This document shows positions 17,818 through 26,212 of a DNA stretch of 62,517 bases, piece after piece. The DNA is from Chitinophagaceae bacterium. GTDB taxonomy: Bacteria > Bacteroidota > Bacteroidia > Chitinophagales > Chitinophagaceae. Where the stretch lies: the NCBI GenBank assembly GCA_025933935.1, contig JAICYZ010000001.1, forward strand, positions 1-62,517, given 5' to 3'. Position 1 is the first letter of the stretch. Every line of letters begins with the position of its first letter. The notes under the pieces are model-generated. The model did not search any database and was not told the DNA's origin. It was given only the letters and a program-made list of their open reading frames with translations. A program made the position numbers and the translations under genes.

Positions 17818-20598
17818 TTAAAAACGGATATTATAAGTTAAAAATGGAATAGCACTACCAAAAATGGATAATTTATAGCCATGTATATTGCCGTTTTGAG
17901 AAATATAATAAACAGAATACGCATTCTTTCTTCCTGTTACATTATAAACTCCCAAAGTCCAGGAATTATGTGTCTTTTGATGAATCTTATGATTTCCCTC
18001 CAGGTTCATGGAAAAATCGGTACGGAAATAATCAGGTATGCGATAAGCATTTCTTTCAGAATATAAAACCCTCACAGAACCTGCATAATCATATTCTGCG
18101 ATTGGTAAAGTAATTGGCCTTCCGGTGCTGTAAGTCGCATTAAATGAAACGCTGAAGCGATGCGTGAATTTATAATTTCCAATGAAAGTAAAATTGTGCG
18201 GCTGATCAAAATTGCTTGGATATTCTGCACCACCATTTATTTTTTCCGCTGCGTAAGGATCATCTTGTTGCAGCAACGAACGCGAATAATTATAACTCAC
18301 CCAGCCATTGATTTTACCGGTTGCTTTTTTCAAAAGAAGTTCTATTCCATAAGCTCTTCCTTTTGTATTGATCACATCAGTTTCTATATGATGATTCATC
18401 ACGAGAACGGCGCCGCTTCTGTAATCCAGGTAATGAGAAAACCATTTGTAATAAACTTCTGCAGAAGTCTCAATGGTATTATTTTTAAAATTTTTATACA
18501 ATCCCAAAGCCACTTGTGTTCCCAATTGCGGCTGCAGATTCGGGTCGCTTAATTTCCAAACATCTGTCGGAGAAATTGTCGTCGTATTTGTCAGCATGTG
18601 AATGTACTGCCGCAAACTATTAGCAGATGCTTTTATAGAAGTATTGTCAGATACTGAATACCGTGCAGAAACACGAAATTCAGGCCCCATATATGTTTTG
18701 ATAATTTTACCTGCAGGATAATAATCTGTGCTTAAAACATTATTGAGATCTTTTGGCAATCCCGGAGCATAAGAATTTACATGTTTGGCACCCATATAAT
18801 TGAACATCGAATATCTTACACCGCCATCAATAGACAGGTTAGAAGAAATGTTGTAATGATCGGATAAATACGCTGCACTTTCCAATGCATGCTCTGCTTC
18901 CAAAGTATCGGGGATAATCAATGAAAATTTCCCAAGCGGTGTAAATGAACCGGAATGGATATCATACTTTAATGTGCTTAGGCCAAAAGCAATGGTGTGT
19001 TTATTATTCAAAAAATAACTGAAATCAAGATTTGCTTTATATTGATTAATGGCAAAATCAAGTTTGTAAGCATCGACAGAATCGCCGTTAAAAGCAACCT
19101 GGTAATCATAATGATCTATGCCGGCAGACAACACTCCGTAAAAGCGATTATTGAATATATGTTTCCAGTTGATGTTCGCATTTTTATTATGGTATTGATA
19201 CGTAGTATCGCTGTTCAGATTAAATTTATCACCACTAATATATGCATTCAAATACACATTGTTTTTGCTGTTTAGTTTATGATTAATGTGTATCGTTGCA
19301 TCCTGGAACGAAGCACGACTTTTTTCATAATCTTTAGGCAGTATTTTAAACAACCAGTTTGAATAAGTAGTGCGTACGCCTGCAACAAAAGTTGTATTAC
19401 TATTCACGATCGGCCCTTCTATTGTGAACTTGCTGGTAAGTGGTCCGAGGCCCGCAGAGCCGGATATTTTTTTATCATTCCCATCCAGAGAGGTAATGTC
19501 AAGGACAGAAGAAATCCTTCCGCCGTATTTTGCAGGAACACTGCTTTTATATAAGGTTACATCCTTGATCACATCCGGATCGAAGGCAGAGAAGAATCCA
19601 AAAAGATGTGATGGATTGTAAATATTCATACCATTAAACAAAATCAAATTCTGATCTGTAGCGCCGCCACGCACATTCAACCCGGTGCTTGCTTCTCCTA
19701 CAGATTTTACTCCTGGCAAAGTAAGTACCGCACGCAATACATCTACTTCTCCCATTACGGCGGGTATATTTTTAATTGCCGACATGTTCAGCTTATCCAT
19801 TCCCATCGTAGTGCTTCGTACATTTTTTTCTTTGCCTGCTTCTACCAGCACTTCTTTTAATTTCACCACTTTTTCATTCATTTCGATATCCAGTTTTCCA
19901 TCAGAATAAAGCATTACCTGGCGTTTGGTGTCAAACATTCCGGGAGCAATTATATTTAAAGTATGCCGTCCTGCGGGTAGAATAAGTGAGTAATATCCAA
20001 ACTGATCACTATTCACTTGTACATGCGGATGATCAAGATAAATGAAAGCGCCGGTAATAGATTCTCCTGTTTGCGCATCACGGATGTATCCGGCCATATT
20101 CACTTTTCCTTTAGGCACTTCATTTCTTTTTATTCCAATTTCAAATAATTTATTTTCTATAGAAATTGCCTGTATTGCTTTTTTTGCCTGCTTCATATAA
20201 ACAGGGTTCTCTGAATTATTATTTGCAATCAAAGAAGCTGTATCTTTTTCCCCTGTAAAAAATCCATAAGGAAGATTGGCAGAAAGAAGAAACCCTTTTG
20301 TTACAAAAACGTGATTTTCTTTATCAATAAAATAATGCCAGCTGGTATTACTGAATATTTTATCCAAAACCGACTGCAGATGAGCGTCAGTTACAGCAAT
20401 CGTAATGTTGATGCTATCAAATTGTGAAGCATCATAAAAAAAATGATAATCAGTTTGTGCTTCTACTTTTTGGACAAATTCATTAAAAGTCACTTCATGA
20501 AAGTTGCCGGTAACCAGGTTTTCACCCTGCTGAGCAAAAGTGTTTTGAGCGAAAAACAGCACGGATAAAAAAAGAATAAAATTGATTCGACGTTTCAT
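17818..20598 (-). CDS. TonB-dependent receptor with N-terminal STN-like and CarboxypepD_reg-like domains
   Basis: GYIRDAQTGE.I.GA, GEVDVLR...TLPGV, NVRGG..DQNLIL, AKYGGRISSVL, YNVTGRKN, C-terminal YNIRF. Confidence 0.93.
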   Translation of the reverse strand: MKRRINFILFLSVLFFAQNTFAQQGENLVTGNFHEVTFNEFVQKVEAQTDYHFFYDASQFDSINITIAVTDAHLQSVLDKIFSNTSWHYFIDKENHVFVTKGFLLSANLPYGFFTGEKDTASLIANNNSENPVYMKQAKKAIQAISIENKLFEIGIKRNEVPKGKVNMAGYIRDAQTGESITGAFIYLDHPHVQVNSDQFGYYSLILPAGRHTLNIIAPGMFDTKRQVMLYSDGKLDIEMNEKVVKLKEVLVEAGKEKNVRSTTMGMDKLNMSAIKNIPAVMGEVDVLRAVLTLPGVKSVGEASTGLNVRGGATDQNLILFNGMNIYNPSHLFGFFSAFDPDVIKDVTLYKSSVPAKYGGRISSVLDITSLDGNDKKISGSAGLGPLTSKFTIEGPIVNSNTTFVAGVRTTYSNWLFKILPKDYEKSRASFQDATIHINHKLNSKNNVYLNAYISGDKFNLNSDTTYQYHNKNANINWKHIFNNRFYGVLSAGIDHYDYQVAFNGDSVDAYKLDFAINQYKANLDFSYFLNNKHTIAFGLSTLKYDIHSGSFTPLGKFSLIIPDTLEAEHALESAAYLSDHYNISSNLSIDGGVRYSMFNYMGAKHVNSYAPGLPKDLNNVLSTDYYPAGKIIKTYMGPEFRVSARYSVSDNTSIKASANSLRQYIHMLTNTTTISPTDVWKLSDPNLQPQLGTQVALGLYKNFKNNTIETSAEVYYKWFSHYLDYRSGAVLVMNHHIETDVINTKGRAYGIELLLKKATGKINGWVSYNYSRSLLQQDDPYAAEKINGGAEYPSNFDQPHNFTFIGNYKFTHRFSVSFNATYSTGRPITLPIAEYDYAGSVRVLYSERNAYRIPDYFRTDFSMNLEGNHKIHQKTHNSWTLGVYNVTGRKNAYSVYYISQNGNIHGYKLSIFGSAIPFLTYNIRF

Positions 20599-20599
20599 A

Positions 20600-21325
20600 T
20601 TAATGAGTTAGTTGATCATAAAATTCTGTAACCATCACTATTGGTTCTTCAAAATTTTTTCGTCTGAATTTAAGGTGATGCTTCCGCATATATTTCTTTA
20701 TATCATGAGCCTTATCCTTGAATAAATGCAGGACATCTTTTTTGTTACTGACCAGATAATAAAGACTGTCTTTATGCACATAAAAACGATCTTTTGGAGA
20801 AAATATCCTGGTGAGCACATCTCCTTTTATCTCTTCATCTATTTCTTTGGCTCTTTTTGCAAGTAGCTGCACGTGACCATTATACAACACATCATAAAAA
20901 CCCGAATTGCTTAAATTTTGCTTGTAATCCTGTAAAAGTTTTATAAAATGATGTCCACGTAAACTAAAACTATCAATAAAGTCATTTTCCAAAATGATGG
21001 GTAATATTTTATCCGGAGCCAAAATAACCAGTTGGTTCCGTGCCACATCATACATTAAAGGAACGGAATCATATTTGCGACCGGAATAATCTACCCAACC
21101 GTTAGCAAAATCGCCGCTTATAAAGTACGGATCACCTTCCATTTTGTAAGTCAGATAAATGTATTGCTGCCCGTTATATACCGGTGCATTATCAGCGCTG
21201 AAATGATTGTACCTATCAATTGCATCCTTTAGCTGTATATCAGAGAGAGAATCTTTTTGTGCATTTTGAGAATAAGAAAGATTTGCAAAAAAAAGTTCGG
21301 AGATCAGAAGCAATAAAATTTTCAT
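20600..21325 (-). CDS. Secreted hypothetical protein, first gene of the TBDT operon
   Basis: Signal peptide, YNG..Y, G.PYF, LMYD....QLV, GFYDVLY.G; 1-nt gap to the TBDT start. Confidence 0.78.
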   Translation of the reverse strand: MKILLLLISELFFANLSYSQNAQKDSLSDIQLKDAIDRYNHFSADNAPVYNGQQYIYLTYKMEGDPYFISGDFANGWVDYSGRKYDSVPLMYDVARNQLVILAPDKILPIILENDFIDSFSLRGHHFIKLLQDYKQNLSNSGFYDVLYNGHVQLLAKRAKEIDEEIKGDVLTRIFSPKDRFYVHKDSLYYLVSNKKDVLHLFKDKAHDIKKYMRKHHLKFRRKNFEEPIVMVTEFYDQLTH

Positions 21326-21399
21326 TAAAATTAGTTATTTAGGCGTGATCTTATTACTCAATTAAAAACAAATAAGAAATGCTGGCAGATAGGACAAGC

Positions 21400-21407
21400 C
21401 AAAGATA
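21400..21407 (-). promoter_or_regulatory. -7 promoter box of the four-gene TBDT operon
   Basis: Reverse complement TATCTTTG, about 75 nt upstream of the ATG at 21325. Confidence 0.6.
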
Positions 21408-21762
21408 ATTTTTGTTGCATTGAAAAAAAGTTTTTTTTAGAAAGCCTATTCCCGCTTATCTATTTGTTTACTACACTTATTAAAAAAACGGGTGAAGCAC
21501 CTTCAATTTATTGAAATAAGTAGCAGAGTTACGTTTTTTATTTTTTCATGCAAATCATCAATTATAGATAATTCACGCTTTCTTTTTAAAACGGTTTCAT
21601 AAGCTTTAGATCTATAAGAGGAACGAAAACAGCTAACTTACTTTCTGTAAAAAATATTGAAAGTTTCACTAAACGGCTCTCTGAAAACAAGAATCAAAGA
21701 TATTTCTTCGTTTGATGTAACTGTAATGGAACGGTCTTATCAGATAAACCCATTGATTACTT

Positions 21763-22488
21763 TTATTTTTTTGCAAGTGCTTTCGCAATTCCTTTTTCTA
21801 CCAAAGGTTCCATTATTTTATAACCAGCAGGGTTTGGATGAACACCGTCTTCAGAATATTTGTCAGGCAAACCCTTTCTTTCATCTACCATTGCGTCATA
21901 ATAATCCACATAAACAAAGTTGTTTTTTTGTGCAAATTGTTTGATCCACTTATTCAAATCAATGATTTTAGCAATAGGATCTATACCAGGGCGCCACGGA
22001 AAAGAATATGCCGGAAGAACTGAACACATCACCACTTTGATACCATTTGCCCTGGCAAGTTGCGCCATAGATTTAAGGTTATCTTCAATCATCTCAACAG
22101 TTGACGGGCCGGTATTACCGGCGATATCATTGATACCGGCTAAAATTACCACCACTTTTGGATGAAGATCAATTACATCCTGTCTGAACCTGATTAACAT
22201 TTGTGGGGTTGTTTGTCCGCTGATGCCTCGATCGAGGTAAGGCTTTCCCTTAAAAAAATCAGGACTTACATTGATCCATGCGTCTGTAATGGAATTACCC
22301 ATAAACACTACCCGGTTTTCATTTGCAGTCGGAGGAGTAACTTTTGCATTTTCACTCCTGTAGCGCCGCAGATTTGGCCAGTCATTCGTTTGATTCAATT
22401 CATCTTTCACCGAATCTTTTTGAGCTTTAAGAGAAGGTGTTAAAAATAAAAAAAAACCGGTACAGATAATTAAGGACATGTATTTCAT
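21763..22488 (-). CDS. SGNH/GDSL hydrolase, secreted
   Basis: VFMGNSIT, RGISGQTT, LAGIND, DGVHPN. Confidence 0.93.
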   Translation of the reverse strand: MKYMSLIICTGFFLFLTPSLKAQKDSVKDELNQTNDWPNLRRYRSENAKVTPPTANENRVVFMGNSITDAWINVSPDFFKGKPYLDRGISGQTTPQMLIRFRQDVIDLHPKVVVILAGINDIAGNTGPSTVEMIEDNLKSMAQLARANGIKVVMCSVLPAYSFPWRPGIDPIAKIIDLNKWIKQFAQKNNFVYVDYYDAMVDERKGLPDKYSEDGVHPNPAGYKIMEPLVEKGIAKALAKK

Positions 22489-22621
22489 TTTTTTGCTTGC
22501 TTTTATGGTAAATGACTTCTATGTAAGAGGTTTTTGCGGCAATGAAATTAGTGATAAAGATCTAAAAAAAATAACTACAATATAATAATCAATACGAGCG
22601 TTGAAACTCTACATTTTAAAA

Positions 22622-23032
22622 TTACACACTTGCCATATATTCCTGTAATATAATAGTAGCGGCTATCTCATCAACCGTTCGTTTATTTCTTCTGTCTTTT
22701 TTTTTCATTCCCATATCGATCATCGCCTGCTTCGCCATTTTGGAGGTAAATCTTTCATCCACTTTTTTGACGGGAATTTTTGGAAATTCTTTTTCTAATC
22801 TCTTAATAATTGCCTTTACCAAAGGAGTTGCGTGTGTATCAGAATCATCCAGGTTTTTCGGTTCACCGATAACAATTAAGTCCACTTCTTCCTGCTGGAA
22901 ATATTTTTTTAAAAAAGAAATCAATTCGTGAGAATCAACAGTGGTTAATCCGGTCGCAATGATCTGCAAAGGATCTGTAACAGCAATGCCTGTACGTTTT
23001 TTTCCATAATCGATGCAGAGAATCCGGGCCAT
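22622..23032 (-). CDS. ruvX: YqgF/RuvX pre-16S rRNA nuclease (putative Holliday junction resolvase)
   Basis: IDYGKKRTGIAVTDP, IVIGEP, DERFTS, VDEIAATIILQ. Confidence 0.95.
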   Translation of the reverse strand: MARILCIDYGKKRTGIAVTDPLQIIATGLTTVDSHELISFLKKYFQQEEVDLIVIGEPKNLDDSDTHATPLVKAIIKRLEKEFPKIPVKKVDERFTSKMAKQAMIDMGMKKKDRRNKRTVDEIAATIILQEYMASV

Positions 23033-23109
23033 GATTTATTGAATGTTTAGAGATTAGTTTTTAAAAAAATAAAAATCTGCTTATTTCTTTATTTACTGAG
23101 AAAAAAAAT

Positions 23110-23982
23110 TTACGACTTCATAAACAGATCCAATAAAACGAGAACACAAAAAACCACCGATGCAATTCCGTTGGAACTGAAAAAAGCTTTGTTCACTTTT
23201 GAAAGATCTTTCGGTTTAACCAAAGTGTGCTGATAAAAAAGAAAGAAAGCAAAAACGATAACACCGCTCCAATATATTGCAGAAAAATTGCCAATCATGC
23301 CAGCAGCAATCACAGATAATGCAGACAAAAAATGTAAAAGCTCACTTACATGCAAAGCTTTGTTTGTTCCAATGAATGAGGGAATGGAATACAAATTATT
23401 TTCTTTATCAAACTCTTCATCCTGCAGCGCATAAATAATATCAAAGCCGCTTACCCAAAACAAAACAGACAAGGAAAACAGAATGGGAACAATGGCAAAC
23501 TTTCCTGTGACGGCTATGTAAGCTCCGATTGGAGCAAGGCTCAAACCAAGACCCAGTACCAAATGGCACATTACTGTAAATCTTTTTGTGTAACTATAAA
23601 ACAAAATTACAAATAAAGCAACCGGCGCTAAAACAAAACAAAGAACATTGATAAAATAAGTAGTAATAATAAATGCGAGGCAATTACAGATCACAAAAAT
23701 CATCGCATTTCTTTTTGAAATAATTCCACCGGGTATTTCACGGATTTTGGTTCGCGGATTTTTAGCGTCATATTCCGCATCCAGCCATCGATTGAAAGCC
23801 ATCGCGGCGCTGCGGGCAAATACCATACATAAAATTACCAGGATGAAAAGCAGCCACCATGGGCGGTTTAAATCGTAATCAACTATTTTCAATCCATAGA
23901 AAAATCCAATTAATGCAAACGGCATTGCGAAAATGGTGTGGGCAAATTTTACAAGGGAAAAATAATGTTTTATTCGTTGCAT
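23110..23982 (-). CDS. UbiA-family polyprenyltransferase (MqnP-like)
   Basis: HTIFAMPFA, ARSAAMAFNR..D...D..NPRT..R.IP.G, YSYTKRF, GFDIIYALQD..FD. Confidence 0.88.
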   Translation of the reverse strand: MQRIKHYFSLVKFAHTIFAMPFALIGFFYGLKIVDYDLNRPWWLLFILVILCMVFARSAAMAFNRWLDAEYDAKNPRTKIREIPGGIISKRNAMIFVICNCLAFIITTYFINVLCFVLAPVALFVILFYSYTKRFTVMCHLVLGLGLSLAPIGAYIAVTGKFAIVPILFSLSVLFWVSGFDIIYALQDEEFDKENNLYSIPSFIGTNKALHVSELLHFLSALSVIAAGMIGNFSAIYWSGVIVFAFFLFYQHTLVKPKDLSKVNKAFFSSNGIASVVFCVLVLLDLFMKS

Positions 23983-24079
23983 TAATAAATTTAGATAAGT
24001 ATTAAAAGGTAAATTACTGCTATTTTCACGACAACAAACCCGTCAAATAATTTTTGTAAATTTGATTAAAATTTTGAAA

Positions 24080-24277
24080 ATGGAAACAATATTAATACAA
24101 ACCAACAATGAGGAAGAGGTGAAATTAGTAAAATCCTTTCTTGAGCAGAATAAAATAAAAGGAAGGATTTTGAATGAAGAGGATAAAGAAGATATTGTTT
24201 TAGGAAAATTAATGGAGGAAACAGCTTATGATAAATTAATAGACACCAATGAATTTCTTGAGAAACTCAGAAGCTAA
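24080..24277 (+). CDS. Putative antitoxin of a RelE-type TA module
   Basis: 65-aa acidic ORF (METILIQT...EDKEDIVLGKLMEE); TAATG overlap with a RelE-like gene; TAAATTTG box at 24057-24064. Confidence 0.7.
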   Translation: METILIQTNNEEEVKLVKSFLEQNKIKGRILNEEDKEDIVLGKLMEETAYDKLIDTNEFLEKLRS

Positions 24278-24542
24278 TGAAAGTCATTGTTACCCACCAA
24301 TTTGGCAAAGATGTTGACAAAAAACTTTCTAAAGAAATGCAGTTGAAATTAGCTGATATAATTGAAGAGCTGCAAAAAGCACCAAATCTATTTTCAATAA
24401 ATAATTTAAAAAAATTAAAAGGTTGTAAAACTGCTTATCGGGTTAAGATGGGTGATTATCGCATTGGTTTATTTTTGAAGAAAACATAATTAAACTCAGC
24501 AGAGTATTAAATAGAAAAGATATTTACCGCTATTTTCCGTAA
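24277..24542 (+). pseudogene. RelE/ParE-family toxin, frameshifted
   Basis: KKLKG...YRV.MGDYRIG motif. Frame stops at 24489, but the shifted frame continues EENIIKLSRVLNRKDIYRYFP* to 24542; one base is missing around the T5 run at 24472-24476. Confidence 0.8.
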
Positions 24543-24545
24543 GGT

Positions 24546-25073
24546 TTACAATCTCTTTTTTACCGCTTCCCATAAAACAATCCCTGCAGCCACAGAGATA
24601 TTCAGAGAATGTTTCATTCCAAATTGTGGAATCTCGACACATCCATCACATAAAGAAATCGTTTCATGTTCTACACCACTCACTTCATTTCCAAAAATAA
24701 AAGCAATCTTTTCAACAGATAAATTATGAATCGTTTCCAAAGAAATACTACCAGTTACTTGTTCTACTGCAAACACTTGATATCCATTTTTTTTGAGCGC
24801 TTCTATTGCTTCTTTTGTTATTGAAAAATATTTCCAATTAACCGTTTCCTGAGCTCCCAGAGCGGTTTTGGTAATTTCTTTGTGCGGTGGTTTTGCCGTA
24901 TAACCGGTTATATAAATTGATTCAATCAAAAAAGCATCAGCAGTACGAAACACGCTTCCGACATTATAGGCACTGCGAATATTTTCCAAAATTGCAATTA
25001 CCGGATTTTTTTCTGATTCTTTAAATTCATCGACAGATTTGCGGTTCAGTTCATCCATGCTAAGTTTTCTCAT
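24546..25073 (-). CDS. TrmH/SpoU-family RNA methyltransferase
   Basis: LENIRSAYNVGSVFRTADA, FGNEVSGV, IPQFG.KHSLNISVA. Confidence 0.92.
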   Translation of the reverse strand: MRKLSMDELNRKSVDEFKESEKNPVIAILENIRSAYNVGSVFRTADAFLIESIYITGYTAKPPHKEITKTALGAQETVNWKYFSITKEAIEALKKNGYQVFAVEQVTGSISLETIHNLSVEKIAFIFGNEVSGVEHETISLCDGCVEIPQFGMKHSLNISVAAGIVLWEAVKKRL

Positions 25074-25134
25074 CAAAAGAACATTAATTTGCAAAAATAA
25101 GGTAATGTGCTAAAGACAACTCTAAATTTAATCT

Positions 25135-25175
25135 GGAAATTTTTCAAATAATCCTGGAAAAATTTCCTACCTTCG
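25135..25175 (+). promoter_or_regulatory. Inverted-repeat operator abutting the -7 box of the Xre-RES module
   Basis: GGAAATTTTTC (25135-25145), 11-nt spacer, GAAAAATTTCC (25157-25167), then TACCTTCG (25168-25175). Confidence 0.6.
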
Positions 25176-25185
25176 AAAAAAAAAC

Positions 25186-25617
25186 ATGAATACCATCAGC
25201 GCAAATGATGAAAAAATTTTGAATAAATATCAAAAGTCTTATAATGATAACATCACGCTTGTTGCCATTTCAAAAAAAGGTCTGTTGCCACAGGCAGTTT
25301 TTGATTTTATTGCTCTTACAGATTTTTCTTTTCCTTATGTAGAAAAAGTGTTGAATAAAACAATCAAAACGTTCACTTCTTATAAAAAGAATAAAACAAC
25401 TTTAGACCCGGTGTTAAGTGAAAAATTATTAAAATTTTTTGCGTTATATAGTAAAGGGCAAAACGTTTTTGGAAGTGTGGACGAATTTAATAAATGGCTG
25501 AATGAGCCTGCATTTGGATTGGGAAACATGGTTCCAAAGGATTTGCTGGAAACAATAACAGGCATCGAATTGGTATCGCAGGAATTAACCCGAATTGAAT
25601 ATGGAGATCTCGCATAG
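25186..25617 (+). CDS. Xre/MbcA/ParS-family antitoxin
   Basis: SEKLL, VFGS...F..WL..P..GLG...P..LL.T..G...V...L.RIEYG.LA C-terminal toxin-binding signature. Confidence 0.88.
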   Translation: MNTISANDEKILNKYQKSYNDNITLVAISKKGLLPQAVFDFIALTDFSFPYVEKVLNKTIKTFTSYKKNKTTLDPVLSEKLLKFFALYSKGQNVFGSVDEFNKWLNEPAFGLGNMVPKDLLETITGIELVSQELTRIEYGDLA

Positions 25618-25619
25618 AT

Positions 25620-26069
25620 ATGATAGTTTATAGAATCTGCCTTGCACAATATTCAATGAAGTTGTTTGCTTCAGGAAATCCCGCCAGGTGGAACTCAAAA
25701 GACACAAAAGTCGTTTACACTGCCGAGTCAAAAGCACTTGCCTGCCTGGAAAATGTCGTTCACCGAAATTCAAGAGGCTTGCAGAAAAATTTCAGGCAAA
25801 TGAATATTGAAATACCAGATGAAATCAAAATAGGTGAAATTAAAATAACTGATTTGAAAACGGACTGGAAAGAGTTTATGAGAATGTCTTATACACAATC
25901 AATCGGAGATGTATGGATCAAAGAGAGCAAAACAGCTGTTTTAAAAGTTCCATCAGCAATAGTTCCGGGAGATTCAAATTTTCTATTAAATCCGGGGCAC
26001 AAAGATTTTAAAAAAATCAAATTATTAAGAACATTGCCATTTCAATTCGACATCCGTATTAAAATGTAA
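25620..26069 (+). CDS. RES-domain toxin (NAD+ phosphorylase family)
   Basis: VYRI, ARWNS, YTAES.ALA.LE, LKVPSAIVP, NFLLNP.H; R/E/S residues intact. Confidence 0.9.
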   Translation: MIVYRICLAQYSMKLFASGNPARWNSKDTKVVYTAESKALACLENVVHRNSRGLQKNFRQMNIEIPDEIKIGEIKITDLKTDWKEFMRMSYTQSIGDVWIKESKTAVLKVPSAIVPGDSNFLLNPGHKDFKKIKLLRTLPFQFDIRIKM

Positions 26070-26212
26070 TGTTCAATTGTGCATTTTGAAAATATAAACC
26101 GGTCTGTAAAACAAAAAACAGGAAATAAGAATACCGATTATTTGTACGTTTGCTGAACCAGCATCAACTTATAAATTCACAAAATCATAAATCGAAAAAT
26201 CATAAATCCGAA

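Noticed and set aside
21326-21430. Cobalamin or TPP riboswitch ahead of the TBDT operon
   Set aside because: The leader from the -7 box is only about 70 nt and lacks recognisable aptamer motifs
24466-24489. Programmed -1 ribosomal frameshift in relE
   Set aside because: No canonical X XXY YYZ slippery heptamer or clear downstream stimulator; a simple indel is more parsimonious
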